From: Cycas panzhihuaensis
Taxonomy: Eukaryota > Plantae > Cycadophyta
DNA: 64,000 bases
Assembly (NCBI GenBank): GCA_023213395.1
Contig: CM041465.1
Location: forward strand, 121,775,741 to 121,839,740
Reading direction: 5' to 3'
Position numbers and translations under genes: made by a program. Position 1 is the first letter of the stretch; each line of letters starts with the position of its first letter. Shown piece after piece: positions 45,114 to 58,400 of this stretch. The notes below the pieces were generated by a model. The model did no database searches and was not told the origin of the DNA. It worked only from the letters and a program-made list of their open reading frames with translations.

Positions 45114-48100
45114 ATTTATTGCCATTCCGCTATTTCTATTTTTGTGCTTTTCCCTTCTGCCTTGCTTACTCAAGAATGTTTAGGTAGTTTATTTCTTTAT
45201 GTACTTTAATTAACATCAATCTTGGAAAGGAATCAGTTTGCAATGATCGTATTAATGCATTCGTCTCCTTTATGTCTTATTACAATCATAGAAAGACAAT
45301 TATTTTAGATTACGATATGTTCGCCCTTCATAATGATCACCTCCATATCCATTTTGAATTCAGTGCCCTGCACCACCTTAATTACTTTGCCATAGGTTTT
45401 CCTTTCGATGAGGAAGTAATTATTCCCTTAATCATCAATTGAAATATGTTGATCGCACCTTTCATTAACTCCTCATCGTTTCACTTTTCAATAATAATAA
45501 CCATTACCACCTTATGTTTTTCATTATATTTTTTTTCTTATATCATTGTGTATGGCTTCAACTTGCTATCGTTTGCCACCTTCAGAAGAATCTTGCCATC
45601 AAACTATTTGAGTTAGACTGCCCCTTTCTTTCCAATGAAAATACATTATATGACCCTAACCAATATAATTTCAACTTACCTGATTTTATCTGAAATTTAC
45701 TATCGTACATTAATACCAAATCACCCTCATAAAATACTAGCACCTATAAGTATCGATCATGCCAGACTTTTTGTTGTTGTTTCTCATTTTTCAGTTCCTG
45801 TAGTGTTTGTGCTCTTCTTTCATCTAGTTTTAGTAGCTCCATGATCCTCTCATTTAATGAATCTTATTCATTCATTCGTAGTTGGACAACTACCCGAAAG
45901 CTTTTTACTTGGAATTTCAATGGAAGTACTACTTCTAAACCGTAAACCAACTGAAAAGGTGTTTACTTGTGCAACCATTTAATTGTTGTCTAATTCGCCC
46001 AAAGGACATAGTGTAGTCATTCTGCCTAATCAATTATGCCTTCATTGTAGATATTAAATAGTTCTATCTTCAAAATTTTATTGGTACTATCTACTTAACC
46101 ACTAACTCTAGGGTAATAGGGAGAAGATTGATAATGCTAAATCATGAATTCATTAGTCAAATACTTTATGGTACTATTTTAAAAATTACTACCCTGATTT
46201 GATACTAGTTCTAATAGATAATCAAAATAGACAATGATATTTTCATACATGAATTTTGCGGTACTCATAGCATCACAATGCCTAAGGGGTCATGCTTCTA
46301 TCAATTTTGTGAAGAAATTAGTAGCTACTAGTATGTATTTGGATTTTGTCTACTTTGTAGGTGGACTTATCGATCTAATAAAATCTAATCTCTATTTTTC
46401 AAATGGTGCTTGCACCAGAAATAAAATGACATTTGTCAGGTTTACCAACTCACTAGTAAACATTGCAATTATTTATCCATTTCACAGTATCTTTAAATAT
46501 TGACAACCATCAGAAACTTGGTAATAAAGTCTTTTAGATTGTGTGTTTTATGCCTTAATGCTTGGCTATGGCTCCTTCATGAGCTTCTCATACAATGCCT
46601 TGTACTTTATGTTCTAGTATGCAATATCTCAGTACACCATCCAGACCAAACTTATACAACATTCCTTGTATCAATTGGAAAGGAAAAGTTTTACAAATAA
46701 AACATTGCCTTTCCACTCATTCTAATCCTCTAGGTATTTATTTGGTAGGCAAGTACTATGCGATCCCGTTATACCATTTTGGTATAGTCTCCACAGAAAA
46801 TAATTAAGCATTAGGGAAGTCGTATGGTACTTCCATAACTGGTTTTCCATCCATTTCCCCTGATAATACATCAGGTTTTGTATGTTTTTCTCCTTTCTTG
46901 ACCATAATTTTAAAATTAAACTCTTGAAATAGTATCAACTATCTGATGATCTTACCCTATAGAATGGGTTTATTTATCAAATATTTTAAGGCCTGGTGAT
47001 CTACATAGAAGATAAATGGGTTGGCTAATAAATAATACCTGAATTTTTATAAGGCACAAACCATGCTTAATCCTTCCTATTCAATAACCAAGTAATTTCA
47101 CTCGACGTGCATCAATTTCTTACTAGCAAAATGAATAGAAAAATCTATATTATAGTAGTTGAGTTAAGATGCATCCAATTGCAATCAACGAAGCATCAAC
47201 ATGCATATAAAACAACCAGTCCTAATCTTAAAATCTCAAAATGGAAGTTTTTACAATTTTCTTCTTTAATAAATCAAATTCTAATTGTTGCTACAGTTCC
47301 CATTACCAAGTAATTTTCTTCTTGAGTAAATTCTCCAAAGGGTTTGTAATTTGCACATATCCCTTAATGAATTTTCAATAATAACCTATCACGTCAATAA
47401 AAGCTTTTACCTGCTTCATTGTCTTTAGTGCAGAAAAATTTAAAATAATTATTATTTTACCTGGATTTGTTTGTAATTCTTTCTTGCTTATGATGTGCCC
47501 CAATAAAGATCCAAAGGAAACCAAAAACATATATTTTGCCAAATTCAAGGTGAGTTTACTCTTTTGATGCATTTCTAATATCAATCACAGGTTCACCCAG
47601 TGCTCTTTTAACAATGAATAAGCTATCCATTTATCTAAAAATATTTAAATTGACTTACTGATCGCCTGCAAAAAAAAATTCAGAATTATCCTTTGGAAGG
47701 TGCCCAGTGTATTCGTCAATCCAAAGGGTATAACTTTATACGTGTAAGTCCCCCACTCCTTAACAAAAGTCATCTTCACTTGATTGTATTTGTTGAAACC
47801 ATCTGTGAATGAATATAGTTCATGTCTAGCTACATTGTCAAGAATATCTTTTGTGAAAAGTATTGGAAATGGATCCTTCTTCATTGCTTTATTGAGGACT
47901 CTATAATCTATATAGACACAAAATTTTCCATTCTTTTTAGGCACCACCACTACTGGGCTCACCCATTCATTAGTTTCAACTTCAAAGATACAACCAACTT
48001 CTAGTAGTTTTTTTAATTCAGCCTTTACCCTTTCCTTGTATTTTGGATTCATTCGATAGGGGCGTTGCCATACGAATTTTACTCCTTCTATTAATTCAAT

Positions 48101-51100
48101 CTGATGTTCTCCTAATTTTAATGGTATCCCTTTTAAGTCTTGATAAGACTAGGCAAAAACATCTCTATATTTTGAAAATAAAATTATAGCTTGTTGGACA
48201 GTGTCTTTGTCCTAATAATCTCCTATCAAGATCATCCAGGGGTATTCTTCCATGCCCAAATTTATTTGTTGAATTTTTAATTATTCATTTTGCACTGTTC
48301 TACCATATTCATTCAATATATATGCTGGTGTTTAGCTGACTATTTGACTTCTGTATTCCATACTAGAATAATCACTAGGAAATTTATGATCATTATCTAC
48401 TACTTCAATTTGATTGTAACTTTGCTCAACCTTGATCCTAAAGGCACTCAACATTTTTGGAACTTGTGAATCATGGTAATGGTATGTAAAAGTTTTGCAA
48501 AATTCCTCACTATGCAAATCCCAATTTGTTGACTTCATTTTTTTCACACTGATTGTATCGAGATTCCCTCAAGTGTCTAAGTCCATCTCTGCACCCATTC
48601 ACCTCTTAGAACTTGCTTTCTTTTCCACATTGTTTCATAATTCTTTATATGAGCTATGGGATCATCATTATGTCAAAACGTCAATAATTCATTGTCTTGT
48701 ATTTAAAACCTTAATAAAAAAAAATTATGCAATTCATTACATGATTTGAAATTGCTACCATAAACAGAAAACCATATGGCAACTTCTCAAGAGACAATGT
48801 AAACAACAAGTAATAAAAATCTTCATGCTGATTATTATTTATTAACAATCAAGTATAATACTCTATATGATTGTTTTCTTAGTTTACTTGGCCCCATAAT
48901 TTATTTTCCTTCATGAAACTTTCTTTTAAGTTCCTTAAAATTTCATCTATTTGAAGAATCACTACTTCATCATTTGAAATTGCTTAATCTTTTGATTATG
49001 GAGGGTCCATACATACTTCCTGTTTGTAGCATAGAATATATTCTATTTCACCCTAAACATTTTACAACCAATTCATCATATATGCTGACGATACACTACT
49101 TGGTAAGGTCAGTTGTAATTTATATGCAATTTTTGAACATGGGCTTATAATGGGTTATGATCCCACAGTTATGGATGATGCTCGTTCCTCATTTATTATT
49201 TTCTCAATATAAGGACCGTTTGAGTATAATGGAAGGGTCACGACTTTGTTTCTTTATTTTAATATAAATGTGAATTCTCCCCAATCTTGAATAGCCTTTG
49301 TGGCTAATAGCTATGGTCTGCCCAATAATGCTGGATAAGTTCTCTTTTTATTTTACTTTTATACCACCACAAAGTCCAATAAGATAGTGATTCCTACAAC
49401 TATGGTTGGTACATTTATCAATGTTCCCATTGGTCTAACCTGTAATTGGTTGGCTAATCTTATTGAATAATCTAGAGTAACTATTTCTAGCCTCCCAATT
49501 CTATCTAAAAAATATTCATGGAATACATGAACTCCTAATCTCTCATCCACAATTATTTTGTATAGCCTTATCCTTAAAATATCCATTGGAACCCTCAAGT
49601 CGACCCCCTTATCTTTGATAGTTCTCATCACAGACTTTTCTATCTAGTGTAAGACCAATTGTTGAAAATGACCAGCCTCCCACCATTTGAATACAACAGT
49701 AATAGGGATTGAGACTCTTAATTCAATTAATAAATCCTGAACTATTTGAAGCATTTACCATGGATTCATACCTTCTTTTAGATGGAGTTTTTTAGAGGCT
49801 GATCGTCGCTTATATGTCTATCCTTTAAATCACCCTTCATGTTGGGCTTTGTCCATTACATCTTGAAAAATCTTGATAACTTCTTTGAGTCTTTGTCTTT
49901 CTACTACCAGATCCAGAAAAATGTCTTGAATAACCATTGAAGTTACTTTCCCACTTCATGTTTGTAACTGAAGAGGCACCTCCTTATCTAGGATGATCAC
50001 GACCAAATTAGCATTTTGTGATTTATTTTTTAGAAAATTTATGCACTCGTGGTCCACCAATTCATATTTTTCACAAATGAATTTATCACATTTTTTCTCT
50101 AATAGGTAGTCTGATCTAAAATGCCCCGATCTTTGGCATAAAAAATAATAGACTGGTTTTGTCTTTCCTTTATATTATTTTCTTGATCTCTTCATCTTTT
50201 GCAAGAATACATTGTGGATATCATTTTTGGGTCGAGAAAAATATTCCCACATATTATGGTTAGTTTTTTTATAATATTCGCATCACGTTACCACTTTATC
50301 ATGTTTATTTCTTAGATGGCCTTGCTGATTACAAGGTGGGAGGCACCACATATTGTCTCACAACATTTCTAAATGCAACTTGGCTAATTCTACACACAAT
50401 TTTTTCATTTCTTAATTTTGGTATATTCTAACAGGAATTGATATTGACAGTTGTTGTTTTAATACTTTTACTTATTTTTTTAGTGCTTCAATCTCTAGAT
50501 TTGTTCCCATTTGGGGTGTTTGATTGTATGTTCCCCATCTCTACACTCCTAATGGTGATTAAGGAAAAGCTAGACCCATTTATCCCATCTGTTGAATTGC
50601 CCATTGAAAGTACACTGTCTTCATTTGATTTTCAAACTTCAAGGCTAACTCACATACTTATTCATAGTTATTCATCGGGTGCAATATAACTTTATCCCTT
50701 AATTATGGGATTAATCCTTGAACAAAATATTTCATTGTTAGCATTGGGTTGATTTCTATTATTGGTTGCATCTAGTTCATTATTATCCCTATTTGGCCAT
50801 CAAAATCATTTACAGACTCTCCAGAGTATTGCTTTATTTCCTATAAATCCTAAAATATGGCCATGGGATCTCTTAATTTTTAGAATCAATCTAAAAATTA
50901 TTCATGCAATCTTTCCTATGATAAATTTTGCCTTACTATATACTAGAACCATATAGTTATTGCTCCTTGCAATGTAAAAAAAAAATTGTGCTTTTATCTC
51001 CTTTGGATCTATGACTTTCTTTATTTTTAGTATATTTTTAAATAATGTTAAATGGCCCCCTAGCTTTGTGTATCTCTCAAATTATATGCTTGAAAATGCT

Positions 51101-51817
51101 GAATCATTTTGTACAATAATACAAGGTCCAACCAGTCTTGCTCCGCTCCCTTGACCCATTCCACTATTAGCCTTTAGTTGATTACCACTTCCTCCTACAT
51201 TGGTAAAAAGTAACTAGTTTGACGATTAGTCTTTGCCTCCCAAGTTCTCCTCTAGTGGTGGGCTTCTACCTCTTACACTTCCTCTTGGACTTACCATTAT
51301 TGACTTAAACAAAGAATTTAAAATATGACTCAAAGGGGTTTCAACTTCTAACTAATAATGGTCCCACTCTCTATTTATTATATTATACAATTCTAATTCA
51401 ATTGAACTATTTTTACCTTTTTGAGATGGTAAATCTTTGATAAGTTCTTTCTTAGTTTTTCTCTTTTAGACTTCTATTTCAATGGAATCCTCTTCTAATG
51501 CATACCCTTGGTTATCTATGGCTTGTATCAAATTTTCTTTGATAAAGTCTCCAATTATTTATGTCTCTATTTGCCTTTTGTCCTCTACACTCGATTTTTC
51601 CTTCCAATCGAGTTAGTAAGTGGTCACCTCTTCACTTGCTTCCTTGGAATGATTATAAATCTTAGCTTGCTTACTCCCATATGGAGTCTATCATTATCCC
51701 AATGCTCTATGCGTTCTCTTCATAATTCTTTTTTCTACCCTGGGTGGCATGGAATAGGTCTCATTTGTTTACTCAGATTTGCCCATTATAACATTTTCAT
51801 TCACCTAATTTTTATTA

Positions 51818-51830
51818 GGCAATGGAACCA
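51818..51830 (-). promoter_or_regulatory. Primer binding site complementary to the 3' end of tRNA-Glu (gypsy C)
   Basis: TGGTTCCATTGCC on minus next to the LTR; related copies at 35468-35480 (+) and 7277-7289 (-). Confidence 0.7.
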
Positions 51831-52199
51831 AGGTATGTCATACACCTATTCATCTACGAGTCATTCCCCAAATGAATAAGACAATCATAAGGAAAACCTA
51901 TCATAATAAAAAACATAATATCATTAAGATATGGAACTACGTCTGGTCTTCTCACAACCAGACGTAGACCTGACAATACATAGAAAGCTGGCTAGTTAAT
52001 CAGGTCTATAACAATAAGACTTCTCTAAAATAATGTTCAAACCCCTCCCATCCCATGTACATATGCATATTGTCCCATTCTTATTTATTTATAACATTTT
52101 AATAGTTTCAACCATTATTAGTTATAATGAGAACAACTAACAATGGTTGGCTTATTACATCAAATTATGTTAAAAAATACATCTAGATTACTCTTGGAT

Positions 52200-52750
52200 T
52201 GTAGTCCTTAATTGTCATTTGCTTATAATTATATTCATACTGTGATTGACTTGTAATCCTAACTATGATCTTCTCATATTTGCGGCCCTGACTATGATCA
52301 ACTAACTTGTACTTGTGGCCCTGACTGCGATCAACTTGTACTTATAGCCGTGACTGTGATTTGCTCACAACCATAACTTGAACCGTGATCTACTCACAAC
52401 AAAGACCCATAGTACGATCAATTCACAGCCACGACCTAGACTATGATCAAATCGCATACATGACTTGAACTAAAATAAGATCGCAACCATGATCCAAATC
52501 ATAATCAACTCACAACCACAATCCAAACTATGATTTTCTCACATTCGTAACCCCAGTTATGACCAGCTTTTGCTCATGACCTAGGATGCAATCTGTTCAT
52601 GACCAACTATGATCAACTCGCAATCATGACCCTAACTATGATCCACTCGTACTTATAAGTCAAGTCATGATCTTCTCATAATCGCACTCCAGTTGCTATT
52701 TACTCGCAGCTACTTTCCTCGACTACAATTTGCTCATAGCCCAACTTCAT
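52200..52750. repeat. Degenerate ~25-30-bp tandem array inside the gypsy C 5' LTR
   Basis: Homologous to 42740-43230. Confidence 0.8.
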
Positions 52751-53029
52751 ATGTCTATAGACTTACATAATTTTCTAATCCTTTTCCAAAACTGTGTTTG
52801 CAGTTTTGCCCATACACAATTGATTGTACCATATTATATTTTTTGAAGTTAAAGACAATCAACATTATCTTAGTGCTAGAACACGATTTCAGTCTTATAT
52901 GTAAATAAGAGGGGAAAAAAAGGAAAAATAGAGAAAAATAATAAAATGACAATATGGCAATATTTAAAAACAAAGAACAAGAAAAAAATAGATATATAAA
53001 AAGTAAAAAATAAAAAATGAGAATATTTG

Positions 53030-53051
53030 AATAATAATAATAATAATAATG

Positions 53052-53082
<31 letters not shown>
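53030..53082. repeat. (AAT)n microsatellite
   Basis: Direct reading. Confidence 0.95.
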
Positions 53083-53084
<2 letters not shown>

Positions 53085-53439
53085 TATTTTAAGTATATGT
53101 TCCTCCAAAATACATTATATATTCCAAAAATTAATAAAGTCAATAATGCATATAATAGAAGAATACTAAGCATAAAATAATACTATATTGTCCTACGAGC
53201 ATTCCAATTGGGAATACACAATTTAAATGTATAATTAAAAATACCAAATCATTGATTGAAATCTCATTTTGACACGATAAAGTTTTAGAGTGACAAAGAC
53301 CATTGAGAGTAAGCATTCAAACTACATAGATAATTAGTCTGGTATTAACAATTTTCATACATTCTTGTGATGAATATACAAAACATATTTCAATTTTTTT
53401 ACGCAAATAAGCCTAGTTTTCTCTTATTAGGATTAGGCA

Positions 53440-54590
53440 TTGCTTCCTATTTTTCCATTTTATCCTACCAAAGCTAAAGGTAGAGTTACAAGGATTACCA
53501 ACCCCATTTAAGGCCAAGGTCCAACTAGTAAGATGGAGAGAATACATATACTTGGCTCTATTATATTGGGACCTAGAGTTGATGGAACAAATCCTACTAA
53601 AGTTGAAGAAGAATGTGGGTTGCATTCAATTAAATGCAAATATTATATATGCCATTATTGGACTTTCTAAGGAGGGGAACATCCCAACCACTACTAAATG
53701 ATTATAGGTGGATTATGAGACATGGTTGAGAGAGATGTGTAAGGAGAATACTCAAATATTCTCCAGTGGAATCAAATTTATAGACATCAAAGATGTTAGA
53801 TTGTAGTAGGTGGTAAAAGTGATTGTCACCCAATTTTTATCCAAACAGAAATACACATATATTTTAGGATGTATGATGTTAGTGTTGTCCTAAATCTAAG
53901 GTGGAGTTTAATTAAATTAATCAAAAATCTTAGTTTCAAATATAAAATAACAAATTAAAGAGATCACCACTCATCTCTTTAGGCATCCCTCGTTGATGTT
54001 GACCATCTTATTATACCAATGTCTAGGTACGCAATCACCGCAACAGCCAATTAAGCCACATAAGTCATTAATCAAGTAATGGATGGAGGTAATTTTTAAA
54101 GAAGACTTATGATATAGAGGTAGAAATATAATAAAAAACGAGATGGTAAGGATATTGAAATGGTTGCAACAAGCACTGAATAGCCCTTTTCACCATTGAC
54201 CTAAACAGGTGGTGAAGAAGAGCATTAAATGATGACGTGAAGAGGAAGTAAAGGAAATAGAGATAGGATCCTCATTGGAGGAATGGGTCCTAACCAAAGA
54301 AGAATTCCCTTCTGTCACTAAACCATGAGAGATATCCTCATAATTATCACTTACACAAGGAAAAAGTCAATAAATTATTCGAATGGTGGAGGAAATAAAG
54401 GCAAGTTACAAAGCAAAAATTGTTACTTTAAGAGAAAAGTTGAAGAAAAAAGATACAATCATAGCCACCTTCACATAAATTAATGAAGATATATTGAAGG
54501 TAAGAGAAGCTTAAGTAGATCTAGGGGAATAGGAGCAACTTTAATATAGAGTGAGGGAGAAACAAAATGAAAAAAAATTAAATTTTAAAT
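53440..54590 (+). pseudogene. Degenerate accessory ORF of gypsy B2 (plant-mobile-domain / Athila-ORF-like)
   Basis: One frame holds over >500 bp with only point-mutation stops: ...CIQLNANIIYAIIGLSKEGNIP...KVIVTQFLSKQKYTYILGCMMLVL...LN*SKILV. Confidence 0.55.
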
Positions 54591-55405
54591 TAAGTAAGGA
54601 TGCTCAACCTTTTTTATTGATTTGAGTTAGATGTTGGGATAAAATCATATACTTGAGCAAGTTTAGATAATAGAAAAATAGGAATGGATGCCTATCCTAA
54701 CCTAAGGAATGTAAGACTTTATTACCAATGGGACATACATTGGAATGCAAGACTGAAATCAGTGAAAGAGGCCAAAATTAAGCTCTCAGACAATGCATAG
54801 TATGTTACATTCTGGAATGAAACATAATATAAATAGAAACACATATGAAACATAGTGAAGAACATATGGAATGCACACCCATATTGAGGCCATACATTCT
54901 ATAATGATATTGGCATCACCTCTAGTGATGGGTTTATACAACTATATGGAAAAAAACTTATGTTTAAAGGGTTAATAAATGTAATTATGTGAAAATGTAT
55001 GTTTTTGTTGTAAAAATGTATGTTTGTAATAATAAATCATAACTATTCCTCTAAAGGACATCTATGGTGCATTTATTGCTCAATCAACTACCATTTAAGT
55101 ATGGGGGTCAAGTATTTGAATCTTATGTTACGTTCTCAAGTATAAGAGTTGAGTAATTGTATTAGATGACATGTTTTGTATGGAAGGCATATGGAATGCT
55201 TCTTCTCGGTGATGTATAAACATTGATAGTGATATGGATTAATGAAATAATGAGTTATAAGGAAATATTATGTATCTTATACATAATGATTATTGAGTTG
55301 TGAATTTATATATATTCATTGAAATAATAGGTATGGTGATGATGCTACAATGATGATTTATTGTTATGATGTTTATATGAGAAGTGATATCATGACTATG
55401 TTGAT

Positions 55406-58400
55406 TGTTAGAAATATTCTTTATTTGATCTAATGTTATCTTTTAAACTATTAATTAATGTAATTTTTATAAAGTTAAATTATGTATTACTAAAAGTTCA
55501 GTGAAATGGACAACTATCCATTTCAATGAACTCCTACCTATCTTCTCGAATAATTATTCAAGAATATTTTAAGTATCTCTAGTTGGTATGGTTACAGAGG
55601 TGTAGGTAGGTCTGAGGGTATCTAGTTGAAATATGAGAGAGGATGAGATCCTCAGATAACTCCATTATATTCTTTTTATTATTATAATAAAATAGATTAT
55701 TTTTTAGGTGGTTTTCTTTCCCCTGTAGGGGTTTTCCACTTGTCATATCATGGTGTACATTATTATTAGATTTGTGGATATTATATTGTGATTTTTATTA
55801 TTTTGTTTACGCAATGATTCCCTCTCTCCAACATGTATCAGAGCAGGGAGCCACATGAATCGTCATGCCATTAGAGCAGGTTCAAAATTTCTAAAGCAAG
55901 TTGGAAAAGAATAAAATAGAAGTAATACTAGGCTACACATAGAGAAGAAAGACACGCATATGTTAATTAAATAGAGTTGCTAGTGTAAAGGATTTATAGT
56001 TTCCATAAGAGTAGTTGATCCATTTGTAACTTGGAAAAACATCATTGTTGAGACTACTATAAAATGATTGAAGCCCTAGCTAAAATTCATGTATATGTAA
56101 ACTATTTGCAATCCTACATTTTGGAGAAGATAGTAGGCAATTCTCTACAAAGAAGGACAAACCTGTTGTTAGCCATCAAAGGCATGGTAGGGGCATTTTC
56201 TCAGCTCTGAAGTGAATGAAGGAAGCATCCTTCGAATATGCATCTCAATCATATAGATCTTTTTACGTGCAACCATAACCCTCTTCTAAATCACACAAAT
56301 GGAGGAGAGAATCTATTTTGTACATAATGTAGACTAAGGCCACACACAGTAACTAAGATAAAACACACGAAGAATGCTGACGCCATTGAAGAAGGTGGTT
56401 GTAGACAGAGATCAAAGAAAGTTAATGAAGAAGCATGATGCCAACGCCTGTAATGTAGTCATATCTCTCTCTATCAATAAAGCAAAGCCATGGTTTGTAA
56501 ATGTATCTCCATGTAACTGAAGACGCATATAATAGGAGAATAAGAGGCCATTAATGCAACTAAAGTCACATTATAGTTGTAGTAAAATGGAAACCAAAGT
56601 ATTAACCAAGTAAAGGAAGACACAATGATCATGCAGATGCAAACACAGAGACAAAAATTCTCAACAAAGAACGGTCATCGTAATCCTACAATTTATACAA
56701 AAAAAATTTGGGCAAAATTCTTTAAAACCCTAAGTATTTAGGGTAAATAATGATATGCATTTGATTTTTTTTATTTGGGCAGATGCCAAGTTTTTATTAA
56801 ATATGGTATAATATTTTTACATATGTAAAAATGATTAAATTTGATTTATTAAGATTTTGAGTCTGCTAGCCCCCTTTACTGCTAGCCCCTAGTCATGTTA
56901 CCTGCCCATATGACCCTATGCAAACTCTAAAAGTGGATTAACCCTTAATTCTTAGCCCCCCCCCCACCTCAAACAACGTGCTTGTATATTTTTTATTGTA
57001 ACTTCATCATTTAGAGTCAAAATTTAGTTCTAAAAGTTGTGTCAAAATCTTGACTTAGATGCTGATGTTTTGACTAGCCACTTAAGAATCTCTAACACTA
57101 TTTTGATTGGAAGAACTTCGTGAAAAGTTAATAAAACTGATTATAGATTTTCTTATAATTTTTTAATGTTTTCAATCTAATTTATAATGTTATCAAAACA
57201 CTATTTTATCACTAATTTCTTAATAAATTTATTTAATTTATTTATAAGTAATTTAATAATTATTTTATTATTATGTATTGCAAATAACATTATAATTTAT
57301 ATAAATATTTATAAATTTAATTTAATTTTTAATATATATGCTTGTGAACATAATATTTTAACAATTGTAATTAGTTTTTTAATGTTTTAAAGGGTTTAAC
57401 CTTCTCATTTATTCACATGTTACATAATTCATTTATAAATACTTATGAATCTCTATTTATATTTAATGAATGTTATTTTTTTTTATAATGTGAATGCTAT
57501 AACTATTTTTATATTTATGGCTAAATTCTATCACTTTGAAAGTTATTTTATTTTATCTTATTGTTTTCATTTAATTAAAAGAGGATCCCTAAAGGTTTCA
57601 TTCCTAAAATAGTAATCATGTTAGGGATAACCTCCTCCATCTCAATTTTAGTGTTAAATTATACAAATTATCCTAACTAGAAAGTTAAAGTATCTAACCA
57701 ACTTAAACAATAAAAGATCTAGCGATATGTGACTAGAGAGTTTATGAAACCGTCTAACACAAAATTAAAATCCTATATGGTTTATCTGATAAACTATGAG
57801 GGAGCCCTAGACACCATCCGAAACTCTCTCTCACCAGATATACATAGGCAGTTTTCTTACACAAATGATCTTGCCACAGTCTAGGCTAACCTTAAAGAAA
57901 AATATAATAAGGTAGATACACAATAAGTTGTTATTCTCAAATAAAAGATGTACGACCTTAAGTATGAAGATTTCTCTAGTGCTAAAGACTTCTTAGCAAA
58001 CTTTCAACTCATAAACACAGACTTAAGAAACTATATAAAATCTTCAACAAAAGTAGTTAACAAAATTGTAACTACTACTCATGCAAAAAATGACAATACA
58101 CTTGTCTGTCTAATTATTAATAAACTTCCTAAACACTTTAATCTATACAAAATTATTAGGCAGCAATGTGGACACCCTCTAATTATATTTAATCAATTAA
58201 AAAACCAACTGCTTGAACACTAGACCATGCTAATCTAGACTAGAAAAATACAAGATCCTTCCCATGCTCTTTTTCTCAAGTCTAAACCACCTAACAAACC
58301 CAGAAACTAAAATAATTATCAAAATAATCATAACAGACATCTTAAAGTCCAAAACCTCATAAAGGTTCTATCTTAAGTAATTATAATCGAAATACTAAAT

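Larger units (their letters stand above)
42375..52818 (-). mobile_element. Gypsy C (same lineage as B, different LTR): 3' LTR 42375-43297, PPT 43298-43305, extra ORFs 45113-43470, pol ~49650-45550, gag ~51750-50050, PBS 51818-51830, 5' LTR 51832-52818
   Basis: LTR pair sharing CACCTATTCATCTAC ... GTTTTGCCCA(C/T)ACACA; MNPKYKERVKAELKKLL...EWVSPVVVVPKKNGK RT; degenerate TSD ACTGG/ATTGA. Confidence 0.9.
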
